A DNA stretch of 64,000 nt from an uncultured Rikenella sp. (GTDB taxonomy: Bacteria > Bacteroidota > Bacteroidia > Bacteroidales > VadinHA17): contig CAYVYM010000009.1 in assembly GCA_964455705.1 (NCBI GenBank), positions 20,846 to 84,845 on the forward strand. Direction: 5' to 3'. The notes beneath the pieces are model-generated. The model worked only from the letters and a program-made list of their open reading frames with translations, was not told the origin of the DNA and did not search any database. Position numbers and translations under genes: made by a program. Positions 44,371 to 53,531 of the stretch are shown here, one piece after another (position 1 is the first letter of the stretch; every line of letters begins with the position of its first letter).

Positions 44371-46799
44371 TAACTGATTATGATTTTAAGAACTATCTCC
44401 TTCTTGTGTTCATGGCTGTAGGTCAACGCAATACGATCACCAATCCGGGTAAGTCCGACATGGATGTCACCAATATCGGCTGACCTGATATTAACAGCAC
44501 TGTGACCTTCAAATACCGTCTCACCTTTAAGATCGCGCTCGCCGAAGAGCGTTAAAGACAATTCGCCATCCTTCATTTCGTAACCGAGGATATCTGAAGT
44601 AGAGTGCAGGATTTGCAGTCCTTTGGAAATTTCCAGGCAAACCGGGGTCAGCACGCTGTATAGCGCAGGCCAGGTGATCATTTTGCCGGACAGTGGCAGG
44701 TTTACAGCTTCCTTCGATTTCGGGTGAGTGTAGGTTATCACCCCGCTTCGATCTTCATTATAATAATTTGCCACAAAAAGCAATGCTTTATCGTTGCCGG
44801 CAAAGCGTTCCCTGACTGTCAGATAATCATTATCTGATGATGTCAGTCTCAGTTTTGCTCCGGATCTCTTCAGGATAGCTTCATATGCCGGCTTATGCCC
44901 CTCTGTGTCGAACCCCATCCAGGTGCCGATGTATGTCACAATTCCTTTTCCCACATTCCTTGTTAATCCGCATGGAGTGCCGTTAATTGTCCGTGCAATT
45001 ATTTCGGTACCGGCCATTGACTCTTCTGCAAAGGTCACGATCGGATTGCTGCACTTGATATCCCGGAAACTGAGGATATCCATAAGCGGTGAATCAATGA
45101 TCTCGAAAGCTGAAGGAGAAAGGTTCAGTGCATCGCGAAGCACCGTGCACTTTTTATGAGACAGTTCACGATCAGGAATATATGGGTAGATGACGGCATT
45201 TCCGCCATCGGTGATGTAATCGGCAATTGTCTGCTGTGCCGGGGCATCCATCTCATCGGTTACGAAGGCCCATACCTGTTTGTATTGGCTTAGTGATTCC
45301 CCGATAGCCCTGTTCAGGTCAGCCATGTCATAGTCTATGTTGAGAACCTGCAGCACTTTTAGTAACCCGTCAAAGTAAGCCGGTCTGCGTATGACAGAGG
45401 GAACAAATCTGAGGCCACTGTCGCCGGAAGGCCGCTCAAGCTCGGTAGCATAGGCGGGCGGGTAAAAGAGCACACATATTTCCGCCCTACGCTGCGCTTC
45501 AACAATTATGTCTCCTGACACTTTCAGCATCCGGCTCATTCTTTCCACCGGAGCGAATGCGCTTGTTCGCTCGCCTTCTTCCGTCAGGGGAGTGAACCAG
45601 TAAAAAGTTTTCCCTGAATACCCCGTCCTCTCTGCATTCCGTCCCTGTGAGAACATATAATAGTTCCATCCCGTCAGGCCGTTGGCAATACTTGCCTTAT
45701 AAAACAGCTCCATCTCGCGGGGGTTCGTCACAACGTGATATTCACGTGATCCGCTCTGGAACTCGGCGGCAAAAAGCGGCCCCCGTCCCTGCATGGCACC
45801 CGTTATGTCATTCACAACCCGGTCGTCATGCATGTTGCGATATGAAACGAATTCGGGAATATGATCGATTCCGAAGATGATCTCACTCTTTTCATTGAAG
45901 AGATCCTCATACATAGTGTTATTGACCGGGAACTCGTAACCGTTGCCGTAAATCCAACCGGGAAGGTTGTGGTAGAGGGGAACCGTAATACCTCTCTCCC
46001 TGGCCATGCCTGTCAGCATCCTCAGGTAGTCACCGTAGTATCTCCTCCAGAAAGAGTGCCATTCATTGTCACGTCCCCGGTCTCCGGAAGAAGTATAAGG
46101 TGTCTGACCGTCAGGCGGGAGCTCAATGTGGTCCATGCCGTTGTAATCCGTTCCCCATAGCTTATTCACCTCATCGATGCTTCCGATCCTCTCCTTTATC
46201 CAGGAGATAAACTTTTCTCTCACGGCATTGCCATAGTCTGCCTGATGCGCCAGCCATGAGAATACTCCTATCTCATTGCATATCTGCATCATTATTACTG
46301 GTCCGCCGGAGGAGGCTTCGTTCCGCCGGATCAGGGGCATTATCATGTCATACCACAGCCCCACCTTCTCAATATACCTTTCATTGAAGAGGCTGACCCC
46401 GTCACTCATTACAATCGCGCCATCGCGGTTACGCATACGGACCTCCTCTCCGTGCTTTTCGATGAACCAGTCGGGCAGACCGGATCCCCTGAATTCAGCA
46501 AGGATAAATGGTCCGGGTTTTACGATACACTGCAGACCATGATCATGGCAACTGCGGAGCCATCCTTCAAGGTCTTTCTCACGGCATGTTGAGCCGTCAA
46601 AGTCGAACAGCCCCTCCTCTTCCTCATGCCAGGCCCAGGGAATATATGTACTGACCGCAGAAAGCCCCGCCTTCACAGCTTCGCCAAGGTGTCTGTCCCA
46701 CAGTTCGCGCCTGATTCTGAAATAATGTATCTCTCCCGAATTGAGAAATACCTTTTTATCATCCTGAATGAAATTACGTCCCTTAATACTGAGTACCAT
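44370..46799 (-). CDS. GH35-like glycoside hydrolase/transglycosylase, cytoplasmic
   Basis: N-terminus ..FLNSGEIHYFRIRRELWDRHLGEAVKAGLSAVSTYIPWAWHEEEEGLFDFDG..GLQCIVKPGPFILAEFRGSGLPDW.. and ..QICNEIG.. follow the GH35 TIM-barrel signature. No signal peptide. TAATG stop/start overlap with the next gene. Confidence 0.65.
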   Translation of the reverse strand: MVLSIKGRNFIQDDKKVFLNSGEIHYFRIRRELWDRHLGEAVKAGLSAVSTYIPWAWHEEEEGLFDFDGSTCREKDLEGWLRSCHDHGLQCIVKPGPFILAEFRGSGLPDWFIEKHGEEVRMRNRDGAIVMSDGVSLFNERYIEKVGLWYDMIMPLIRRNEASSGGPVIMMQICNEIGVFSWLAHQADYGNAVREKFISWIKERIGSIDEVNKLWGTDYNGMDHIELPPDGQTPYTSSGDRGRDNEWHSFWRRYYGDYLRMLTGMARERGITVPLYHNLPGWIYGNGYEFPVNNTMYEDLFNEKSEIIFGIDHIPEFVSYRNMHDDRVVNDITGAMQGRGPLFAAEFQSGSREYHVVTNPREMELFYKASIANGLTGWNYYMFSQGRNAERTGYSGKTFYWFTPLTEEGERTSAFAPVERMSRMLKVSGDIIVEAQRRAEICVLFYPPAYATELERPSGDSGLRFVPSVIRRPAYFDGLLKVLQVLNIDYDMADLNRAIGESLSQYKQVWAFVTDEMDAPAQQTIADYITDGGNAVIYPYIPDRELSHKKCTVLRDALNLSPSAFEIIDSPLMDILSFRDIKCSNPIVTFAEESMAGTEIIARTINGTPCGLTRNVGKGIVTYIGTWMGFDTEGHKPAYEAILKRSGAKLRLTSSDNDYLTVRERFAGNDKALLFVANYYNEDRSGVITYTHPKSKEAVNLPLSGKMITWPALYSVLTPVCLEISKGLQILHSTSDILGYEMKDGELSLTLFGERDLKGETVFEGHSAVNIRSADIGDIHVGLTRIGDRIALTYSHEHKKEIVLKIIIS

Positions 46800-46808
46800 A
46801 CTGTCAAC

Positions 46809-48893
46809 TTAATTTTGTATAACCTGCTCTCCTCCCGGCTGGCCTGTGCCATCATTATCCTCATTGTTCCTCTGCCTGAGCAGCTCTTTTATCTCAAATG
46901 TCCTTTTTTCAGTCAGCGTATACCGGATGGCGAAGAACAGTGCCAGCAGGCTTAACAGCAGAGGCAGGCCGATCTCCACAATCCTCATCATCAGCAGGGT
47001 ATAGGGCGACTGCTTTTTCAGAGGCTCTATGTCCTTTTCAATCGCGGCCAGCTCACTGTGAAGTATATCCGGTGACGAACCGGGGTTCAGGGCGTTGACC
47101 CTGTTATTGATGTCGGATATATTCTGTGTCAGCTGTGTCGTATGCTCCCTGCTTTTCTCATGCTGTTTTGTCCTGGCCTGAAGGTGTGCCAGCAGATCGA
47201 ATGAATAGACCCTCGCCTTCAACAGTTTCGACTGCATTATGAGAGGAATCGCCGCCCTGATGAGTGAATCACTCTGTGCCGGTAATGCCTTGATCAGGGC
47301 TGCATCAATTGATTCCAGTTCACTGATGAGCGACTTTGAGGCCGTGGAAGCATTGATTAATTCGTCCCTTCTGCGGGCGTCATTCTCAGCGAACCCGCTT
47401 CTTTTCTTCTCCGGCTTCTTTGTCACCTCATTTTCAAGATAAAGCAGGTAGTCTTTTGACTCCTTCAGGGCCTCGGATGTCAGTGCCCTGGCACTCCTGC
47501 GCCATTCTTCTCCGGCGCCTGTCCCATCATACCCCTTCCAGTACTGTATCTTGCTCTGCATTTCACGCACGCTTCCCTGAAGACTGTCAACTTTTGTTAC
47601 CTGTGTCTGATCGAAGAGTGTCAGTGTTATCAGGATTCCTGCCACAAAACTGGCAAAGGCGGTACCCAGCTTGATGAACCACCAGTAGATTGAATAATAA
47701 CTCCCTTCCGACCTGTGACCCGTCCTCAGTTCGTCCTCATCGCATATGTCGCCTACCATCGATGACCCCAGTGTAAAGAAGAAAAGCATTCCAGTAGACA
47801 GCATTATTGTCGGGATAAGGACCAGGTACGGATGTTCCGGGTCATAACAGACGATCTTTGAAAGCTGTGCAGCGCACATCAGCACCATGGCAATTATGAG
47901 TGTATTCCGTTTCCCCAGTTTCGGGCTTACCCAGTTCAATGGAAAAACGGCCAGCACGCCGGTGATTGCCCAGACGGTCCCGTTGATGCCAAGCAGTCTG
48001 GCGCCTAAAATCTTATCGCCTCCGTAAATATAAAAGATAGGTATGTACGACCCGAGCAGGTTGACAAAGTTAAAGCCCATTGCCAGTGTAAAAATGGTCA
48101 TCACCAGATAGATGAAATTCTTGTTGGTGCCCACTATCTTCATGTCAGTCCAGAAATGTGTCTTTTCCTGTTTTGCAACCTTCACAAACTTCGGCTCCCG
48201 CAGTTTGGCTGTCCACCAGAATGAGAGGGGAATAATCACGGCCGCTATCAGAAGTGATACATATCTCATGCCGTCAGCCTCATTTCCTCCGGGCCCCCTG
48301 AAGGCCTCGGTATTGGCGAGGGCAAAGAGCCACGGGGTGCTCATTGCAAAGAGGTTGCCTATGAAACTTTTGCCGCTGAACAGGCGGGTTCGTTCATGAG
48401 GGTCGGTTGTCATCTCCATGCCCAGGGCGCCGTGAGGGATCTCGAAGACGGTGGTGGCAGTGAAGAACAGGAGGAGGCCAAACAGGATATAAATAAGCTG
48501 GAACCGCTGAAAACCGGCATCACTGGGGAAGAGGGCATGCACCGCCTCTCCCTTGGGTATCCACCACATGACAACAAAGAAGACCGCTACGGCTATGCCC
48601 CCGATCAGGAGGTAAGGCCGCCGGCGCCCCCAACGGGTACGGGTGTTGTCAGAGAGATGGCCAACGATAGGGTCGGAGAAGGCATCCCATAACCTTGGGA
48701 TTATCATGATGAACCCGAGCCAGAAGGCGCTCAGTCCCAGGCTTATATTGCCCATCAGGCCAACCAGTTGCCCGGCAATGTTGAAGAGGGCGATGGGTAT
48801 AATGCCTCCGGCGGAATAGGCGGCAAGCTGACCCATCGTGATCCGGTCATTCTGCCCGGAAGCCTTAACTGTGCTCTTATCTCTTATGCTCAT
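46809..48893 (-). CDS. GPH-family (glycoside-pentoside-hexuronide:cation symporter) MFS transporter with ~265-aa C-terminal extension
   Basis: GPH signature ..PRLWDAFSDPIVGHLSDNTRTRWGRRRPYLL.. ~12 TM in the first ~430 aa. This is followed by a ~200-aa charged, coiled-coil-like region and a further TM helix (IVEIGLPLLLSLLALFFAI). Confidence 0.8.
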   Translation of the reverse strand: MSIRDKSTVKASGQNDRITMGQLAAYSAGGIIPIALFNIAGQLVGLMGNISLGLSAFWLGFIMIIPRLWDAFSDPIVGHLSDNTRTRWGRRRPYLLIGGIAVAVFFVVMWWIPKGEAVHALFPSDAGFQRFQLIYILFGLLLFFTATTVFEIPHGALGMEMTTDPHERTRLFSGKSFIGNLFAMSTPWLFALANTEAFRGPGGNEADGMRYVSLLIAAVIIPLSFWWTAKLREPKFVKVAKQEKTHFWTDMKIVGTNKNFIYLVMTIFTLAMGFNFVNLLGSYIPIFYIYGGDKILGARLLGINGTVWAITGVLAVFPLNWVSPKLGKRNTLIIAMVLMCAAQLSKIVCYDPEHPYLVLIPTIMLSTGMLFFFTLGSSMVGDICDEDELRTGHRSEGSYYSIYWWFIKLGTAFASFVAGILITLTLFDQTQVTKVDSLQGSVREMQSKIQYWKGYDGTGAGEEWRRSARALTSEALKESKDYLLYLENEVTKKPEKKRSGFAENDARRRDELINASTASKSLISELESIDAALIKALPAQSDSLIRAAIPLIMQSKLLKARVYSFDLLAHLQARTKQHEKSREHTTQLTQNISDINNRVNALNPGSSPDILHSELAAIEKDIEPLKKQSPYTLLMMRIVEIGLPLLLSLLALFFAIRYTLTEKRTFEIKELLRQRNNEDNDGTGQPGGEQVIQN

Positions 48894-48912
48894 TTAAGTA
48901 TTATTTCAGCAG

Positions 48913-51900
48913 TTAATATTTGATCACCAGATCAACAGGTACCTCCCCGACTGCTATCTCCCCTTCATTGAAATCCGTTAACTCCTTACCGTTGACTGAT
49001 ATCGCCGATGGCATTTTTCCCCCGTTGAAATTCCTTATTTTGATACCCCCTTCCGGCAGATCTATATCACCAGATATGGAAAAATGGTAACTGTTGCCCT
49101 CCTTCTTAATCGAGTAGGATATCTCACCGTAATATGTAGGCAGGTTTTCAACCGACATCCCCTCAGGAGCGTCAATCCAATCCTGGTACAGGCCAGATGC
49201 AAGAACGAGAGTATGGTCATACTCGTTTTCATATACAAACATGGACCTTACGGCATTGATAAAGTCACTCCCGCACCAGGTATGGGGCATGTCTCCTATA
49301 AATCCGGGATGACGATAGTCATTCCACACCACCTCAGCCCAGTGATGCCACCCGCCGGCTGGCGGGCGCTGATCAGCAAGGAAGTATTCAATCAGCTCAT
49401 GTGCCCTCTCCGGCTGGTCAAGCATAATGAATGAGCCTATCAGGCGATTTTCATAAGGAGTATAATTGACCCACTCTCTCCTGCCATCCCTCCTGTCGAG
49501 GAAAAAGGCGTAGTACTTCTCAAAGGTGTTGTAAACCTGCGGAACAGGAAGGTTATGCAGCTCATTGCACGGGGTTAGTGCGATGGTGGTTGATGTCGCA
49601 TCGAAGTCGCCAAGCTCCACACACCCGGGGATGTAATCTATTTTCCTGACCTTCATGGCCAGACGAAGAGAGTTGTATAGATTTACACGGAATGTGTCCC
49701 TGATGCCGGCAATCTTCCGGTAATTTTCACTCTCTCCCAGGATCTTCTGTATTTCAGCTGCATCCTTCAGTCCTTTCATTGTAAAAAAGTTATCCCAGTA
49801 TGAGTGCATGGGTTTGGCTGAGTAGCCTTCATGGCTGATTGACTCGGGCACCAGACCATAGTAAGCACGGATACTGTCATTCCCGAACCGGAAGTGATCC
49901 GTTGATCTTTCCGCAACCAGCGACTCAAAATAGTCAACTGCTTTCAGAACGTTGTCATTTCTTGTTCTCAGAAAAACGGTGTCGCCGGTGAAATTGAAAT
50001 ACTCACGGATCAGGTATATCAGCTCGCCGTGACTGTCGTGCTCAGGCACCGGGTCCGGACCTCTTGAATCAACAACACATGGCACCTTGCCGTTCTCATA
50101 CTGGAACGACGAATACCAGTCTGTAAAATCTCTTACCTCCTCAACAATTCCTGATTTGAGCAGTGCTGATGATGTCAGGGATCCGTCGCGAATCCAGCTC
50201 CGTTCATAAGAACGTGACCCTGGCTGGATGCCAACCTTATCCCTGTTGATCAGGATATAGACAAGATTTGATTTCCAGGTATCTATGATCCTGTCACCCG
50301 AAGGGGGCAGATTCAACCGGATGTGATCCGTTTTCGTCCTCCAGAAATCGGCCGCACGGTAGAAGGCGCCAGGAATATCTTTGACATCCATACTTCCTTC
50401 CAACGACTCTCTGCCATGATATGGGACTGCGGCAAAGAATTCTGCCTTTTCACCGGCCTCAAGGTGAATTGAATAATTCATAACGCCGTTTGCCATTCCG
50501 GCCTTATCGCTGGCTGATTTGCCCGGAGGTATACTTCCGTTACGCAGCCAGTCCACGAGGTTGCCCTCATCGAAAACAGCTGCACCGAAAGAATCATACG
50601 CTCTGGTCATAACGATGACCTTGTCATCAACCGCAATCCGGCCCCCGGCTTCTTCATTTATGTTGTTGATTCTCCCGCTTCCGCCTATTGTGTTGAGGAA
50701 CTGGTAATAGGGATTCACCTGGAACGGGCGTACCAGCAGGTAAAACTCAAAATCAACAGGCCGGTCCGAGAGATTTTCAAACGAGTAACCGATATAGAGC
50801 AGGGAATTCACATTGGCAGTGCCACCTGATGCCACTCCCGTGGAAAACTTCAGCCCGCCGTGCTGCCATGTTACTGACGGGACGAAGTCAGTCTCACCGG
50901 CAGCTCCCGGAAAAATCATCGACTGTACCGGATCCGAATTGCTCCAGTTTACCAGGGAATCGCCTACTCTCAGCATCGGCTCAATTGAAAAGAGCGACTT
51001 GTCAACTTCAACCATCCCCGATTCGTTGATCAGAGCCTCCTTTGTGTCATTATTAACGCCCGTAACAGTCCAGTACGTTGCCCGTTCCGAGAAGTACTCG
51101 GGATAATTGCCTGCCGGTGAATTCTTTGCACAGTATATCAGGAAATCATTGGGTGTTTTGGTGTTGCTCACATCCGGAAATTCGATTTCTTTAATACCGA
51201 ATGTGCCGTCCTCTGCGGGTTCTGCCATTTCCAGCCTGAGATACCTCGCCTCCGCTTCGGGAAGTCTTACAAAGCTTACCTTTCCCCTGTTGGAAGAAAC
51301 AGAATATGCTTTTTCCCAGCTCCTGTTGTCATCTGACAGGTAAATCTCAAAACTTCCTGCCTGATGACCTTCCAGCCACCTGATCTGAACTCCTCCGAAT
51401 TCCCTTCTCTCCTTGAAATCAACCGTAATATCTGCGCTCTTCGCTTTGCGGCTTTGCCAGAATGTGTCATCAGAGCCGTCAGCTATCATGCCTGGCAAAA
51501 GCTTCCTGGCTGATGATGAAGCTGACAGTGCCGGCGCCGGCCATGAATGCTTTTCAGGCTTCAGGGGCTCAAACCTGAGGTCATCTATCCAAAGCGTGCC
51601 TCTGCCGCCGACAAATGACGCAACGGTAAACTCTATCCGGTCAAAACGGTCTGGCTGCCGGCCCTCCGATGGCCCCCATGCAAACTCAATATGACGCTTC
51701 TTTATGCGGATCTTTTTCCACTCTCCGGGAAAGGAGTAGTTACGGTTATTGACCCACCACACATTATTCCCGGTGCTGTCAATGAACTTAATCTCAAAGT
51801 TATTGGAAGGTGACTCAGCCTTCAGCCAGAATGTAAACTCATAGTTTTCAGGGAGCTCCAACGGGAAGAGCTTCTGGATCCCCCCATATCCGGACCCCTT

Positions 51901-52104
51901 TGTGAAATCATAGTCGATTCGGATGGCATTGCCGGTGACTCCCTTCTCAATGAAGTGGTTCAATGTCACCCCGTCAGACAGGTTGTAAGACCATCCGTCT
52001 GCATTTTCAAACTCATCCAGGGTCCTTACCTGAGCATTGCCGCCGGCAACTGCAAGAACCAGCAGTAAGAATATGGCAAGAAATCTGCTGATGTGGTGCT
52101 CCAT
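48913..52104 (-). CDS. Secreted discoidin (F5/8 type C) domain protein with large C-terminal (alpha/alpha)6-like putative glycoside hydrolase region, family unknown
   Basis: Signal peptide. N-terminal jelly-roll-like module. Discoidin-like segment (..DGSDDTFWQSRKAKSADITVDF..ARYLRLEM). Downstream ..SYERSWIRDGSLTSSALL.. resembles the W-x-RD motif of GH15-type toroids. Confidence 0.55.
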   Translation of the reverse strand: MEHHISRFLAIFLLLVLAVAGGNAQVRTLDEFENADGWSYNLSDGVTLNHFIEKGVTGNAIRIDYDFTKGSGYGGIQKLFPLELPENYEFTFWLKAESPSNNFEIKFIDSTGNNVWWVNNRNYSFPGEWKKIRIKKRHIEFAWGPSEGRQPDRFDRIEFTVASFVGGRGTLWIDDLRFEPLKPEKHSWPAPALSASSSARKLLPGMIADGSDDTFWQSRKAKSADITVDFKERREFGGVQIRWLEGHQAGSFEIYLSDDNRSWEKAYSVSSNRGKVSFVRLPEAEARYLRLEMAEPAEDGTFGIKEIEFPDVSNTKTPNDFLIYCAKNSPAGNYPEYFSERATYWTVTGVNNDTKEALINESGMVEVDKSLFSIEPMLRVGDSLVNWSNSDPVQSMIFPGAAGETDFVPSVTWQHGGLKFSTGVASGGTANVNSLLYIGYSFENLSDRPVDFEFYLLVRPFQVNPYYQFLNTIGGSGRINNINEEAGGRIAVDDKVIVMTRAYDSFGAAVFDEGNLVDWLRNGSIPPGKSASDKAGMANGVMNYSIHLEAGEKAEFFAAVPYHGRESLEGSMDVKDIPGAFYRAADFWRTKTDHIRLNLPPSGDRIIDTWKSNLVYILINRDKVGIQPGSRSYERSWIRDGSLTSSALLKSGIVEEVRDFTDWYSSFQYENGKVPCVVDSRGPDPVPEHDSHGELIYLIREYFNFTGDTVFLRTRNDNVLKAVDYFESLVAERSTDHFRFGNDSIRAYYGLVPESISHEGYSAKPMHSYWDNFFTMKGLKDAAEIQKILGESENYRKIAGIRDTFRVNLYNSLRLAMKVRKIDYIPGCVELGDFDATSTTIALTPCNELHNLPVPQVYNTFEKYYAFFLDRRDGRREWVNYTPYENRLIGSFIMLDQPERAHELIEYFLADQRPPAGGWHHWAEVVWNDYRHPGFIGDMPHTWCGSDFINAVRSMFVYENEYDHTLVLASGLYQDWIDAPEGMSVENLPTYYGEISYSIKKEGNSYHFSISGDIDLPEGGIKIRNFNGGKMPSAISVNGKELTDFNEGEIAVGEVPVDLVIKY

Positions 52105-52139
52105 CGGGGTAATGGTTTAATCAGATTTACCTGCCTGCA

Positions 52140-53525
52140 TCAATTTTTCAGATAGATGAATCCCAGTTTGTTGAGACCTTTCCGGATAACAGGATCCTTC
52201 ATCACGTAATCCCATACCAGGCCGGTCCTGAAATTTTCTATCATTATCAGCATAGGGCCCTGGTCAATGCCTATGAAATCATCATTGACCCATCCGGCAG
52301 TCAGGTTAAAGGAGTCATAATAGCCGTATTTGCCCCACAGCCGGGCGCCATACCTGTCATTTATCGATTTTATTGTTGGCAGAACAATCTCCGGAGCAAA
52401 GGGAAGTGATGACAGGGGTCCGTATGGAGCGATGGTTCCGTCATCAAAATAGTTATAATCAGGTCCGCTGGTCCCTCTCCCGGCGTAGCCAAGGAACTCC
52501 CTGTCGTTAAAATTATATTTGGCTGTCGGGCCGTCGCTTGCAGTGATGCCCCAGCAGAGCGAATCATATCCCACCCACCCGTGCGGATTGTCGATTGCAT
52601 ACTGTCGCTGGACGTAGGTTGCACGGCGGGAATTTTCAAAGTAGTCAATCCCCTTCTCCTTCATGTAGACGTCAGCTATGCCGCGGAAGTCAATGAATGC
52701 CTGTGAGAACTGGTGGCCGAACAGCGGCGGAAAGGCCACATGAGAGAGACCATCGTAGGGTGTCTGCCATTTGTAGGAGCTTAACCATGATTTATAGCTC
52801 TCTTCAGCGTTCTCCAGTCCGCTTCCGGCGGCAAGTATATACAGAAAGAGCGCTTCGTTGTAACCGCTCCAGCCCATGTGATGAAGTCCTTGCTCAGGAT
52901 GCCAGCCCATGGAGATCTGACGTGCATACTTACCCGTGTCCGGCATCATCATGAAATCCCACTCTATCCGGTTTAGTATAAGATCAGCCTGTGCACGGAT
53001 ACGCCGTTCTATGTCACTGTTGAGGTTGTAATAGTTACGGGCAAAGATAATTCCCATCATAAGGAGGCCCGTATCTACAGTCGACAGTTCACATGTCCAT
53101 TCCCTGGTTCCGGTGCTCATTCGCAGGAAATGGTAGTAAAAGCCCCTGTAGCCTGTCACGGCAGTATCTGCACTCTGAACCGAATTGACGAAGAAGTCGA
53201 GTGTGTTCAGTGTTATCCGGGCAGCTTCATCACGGGTTATCCAGTTCCTCTCCACGCCAACGGCAAAAGATGGCAGTCCGAATCCGGTAGACGCGATGCT
53301 GGCCGGCGCCCATTCCGCAGTACGGTCCTTGACTATTCCCCATTCGGGATGATGCTCATGCAGAAAGAACTGAAAGGTCTTCTCCTGGATGGAGTCAAGC
53401 ATTGCCTCTTCGCTGGCCGTCAGATTGTAATTGGTCCGGCCCTGTGATGTGTAGTTGATCTGCACCTGCCGGTTGCAGGAGGCCAGTACAAAGACCGCCA
53501 GTATGATAAGGTATGTTGTTCTCAT
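52140..53525 (-). CDS. PF10091 'putative glucoamylase'-type / GH144-like lipoprotein (candidate endo-beta-1,2-glucanase family)
   Basis: Lipobox (VLASCNRQ). Sequence character of the Bacteroides 'glucoamylase family protein' group (..STVDTGLLMMGIIF.., YNEALFLYILAAGS, CWGITASDGP, LWGKYGYYDSFNL, IGIDQGPMLIMIENFRTGLVW). Assigned from memory of the family, not from a search. Confidence 0.6.
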   Translation of the reverse strand: MRTTYLIILAVFVLASCNRQVQINYTSQGRTNYNLTASEEAMLDSIQEKTFQFFLHEHHPEWGIVKDRTAEWAPASIASTGFGLPSFAVGVERNWITRDEAARITLNTLDFFVNSVQSADTAVTGYRGFYYHFLRMSTGTREWTCELSTVDTGLLMMGIIFARNYYNLNSDIERRIRAQADLILNRIEWDFMMMPDTGKYARQISMGWHPEQGLHHMGWSGYNEALFLYILAAGSGLENAEESYKSWLSSYKWQTPYDGLSHVAFPPLFGHQFSQAFIDFRGIADVYMKEKGIDYFENSRRATYVQRQYAIDNPHGWVGYDSLCWGITASDGPTAKYNFNDREFLGYAGRGTSGPDYNYFDDGTIAPYGPLSSLPFAPEIVLPTIKSINDRYGARLWGKYGYYDSFNLTAGWVNDDFIGIDQGPMLIMIENFRTGLVWDYVMKDPVIRKGLNKLGFIYLKN

Positions 53526-53531
53526 CTCTTT

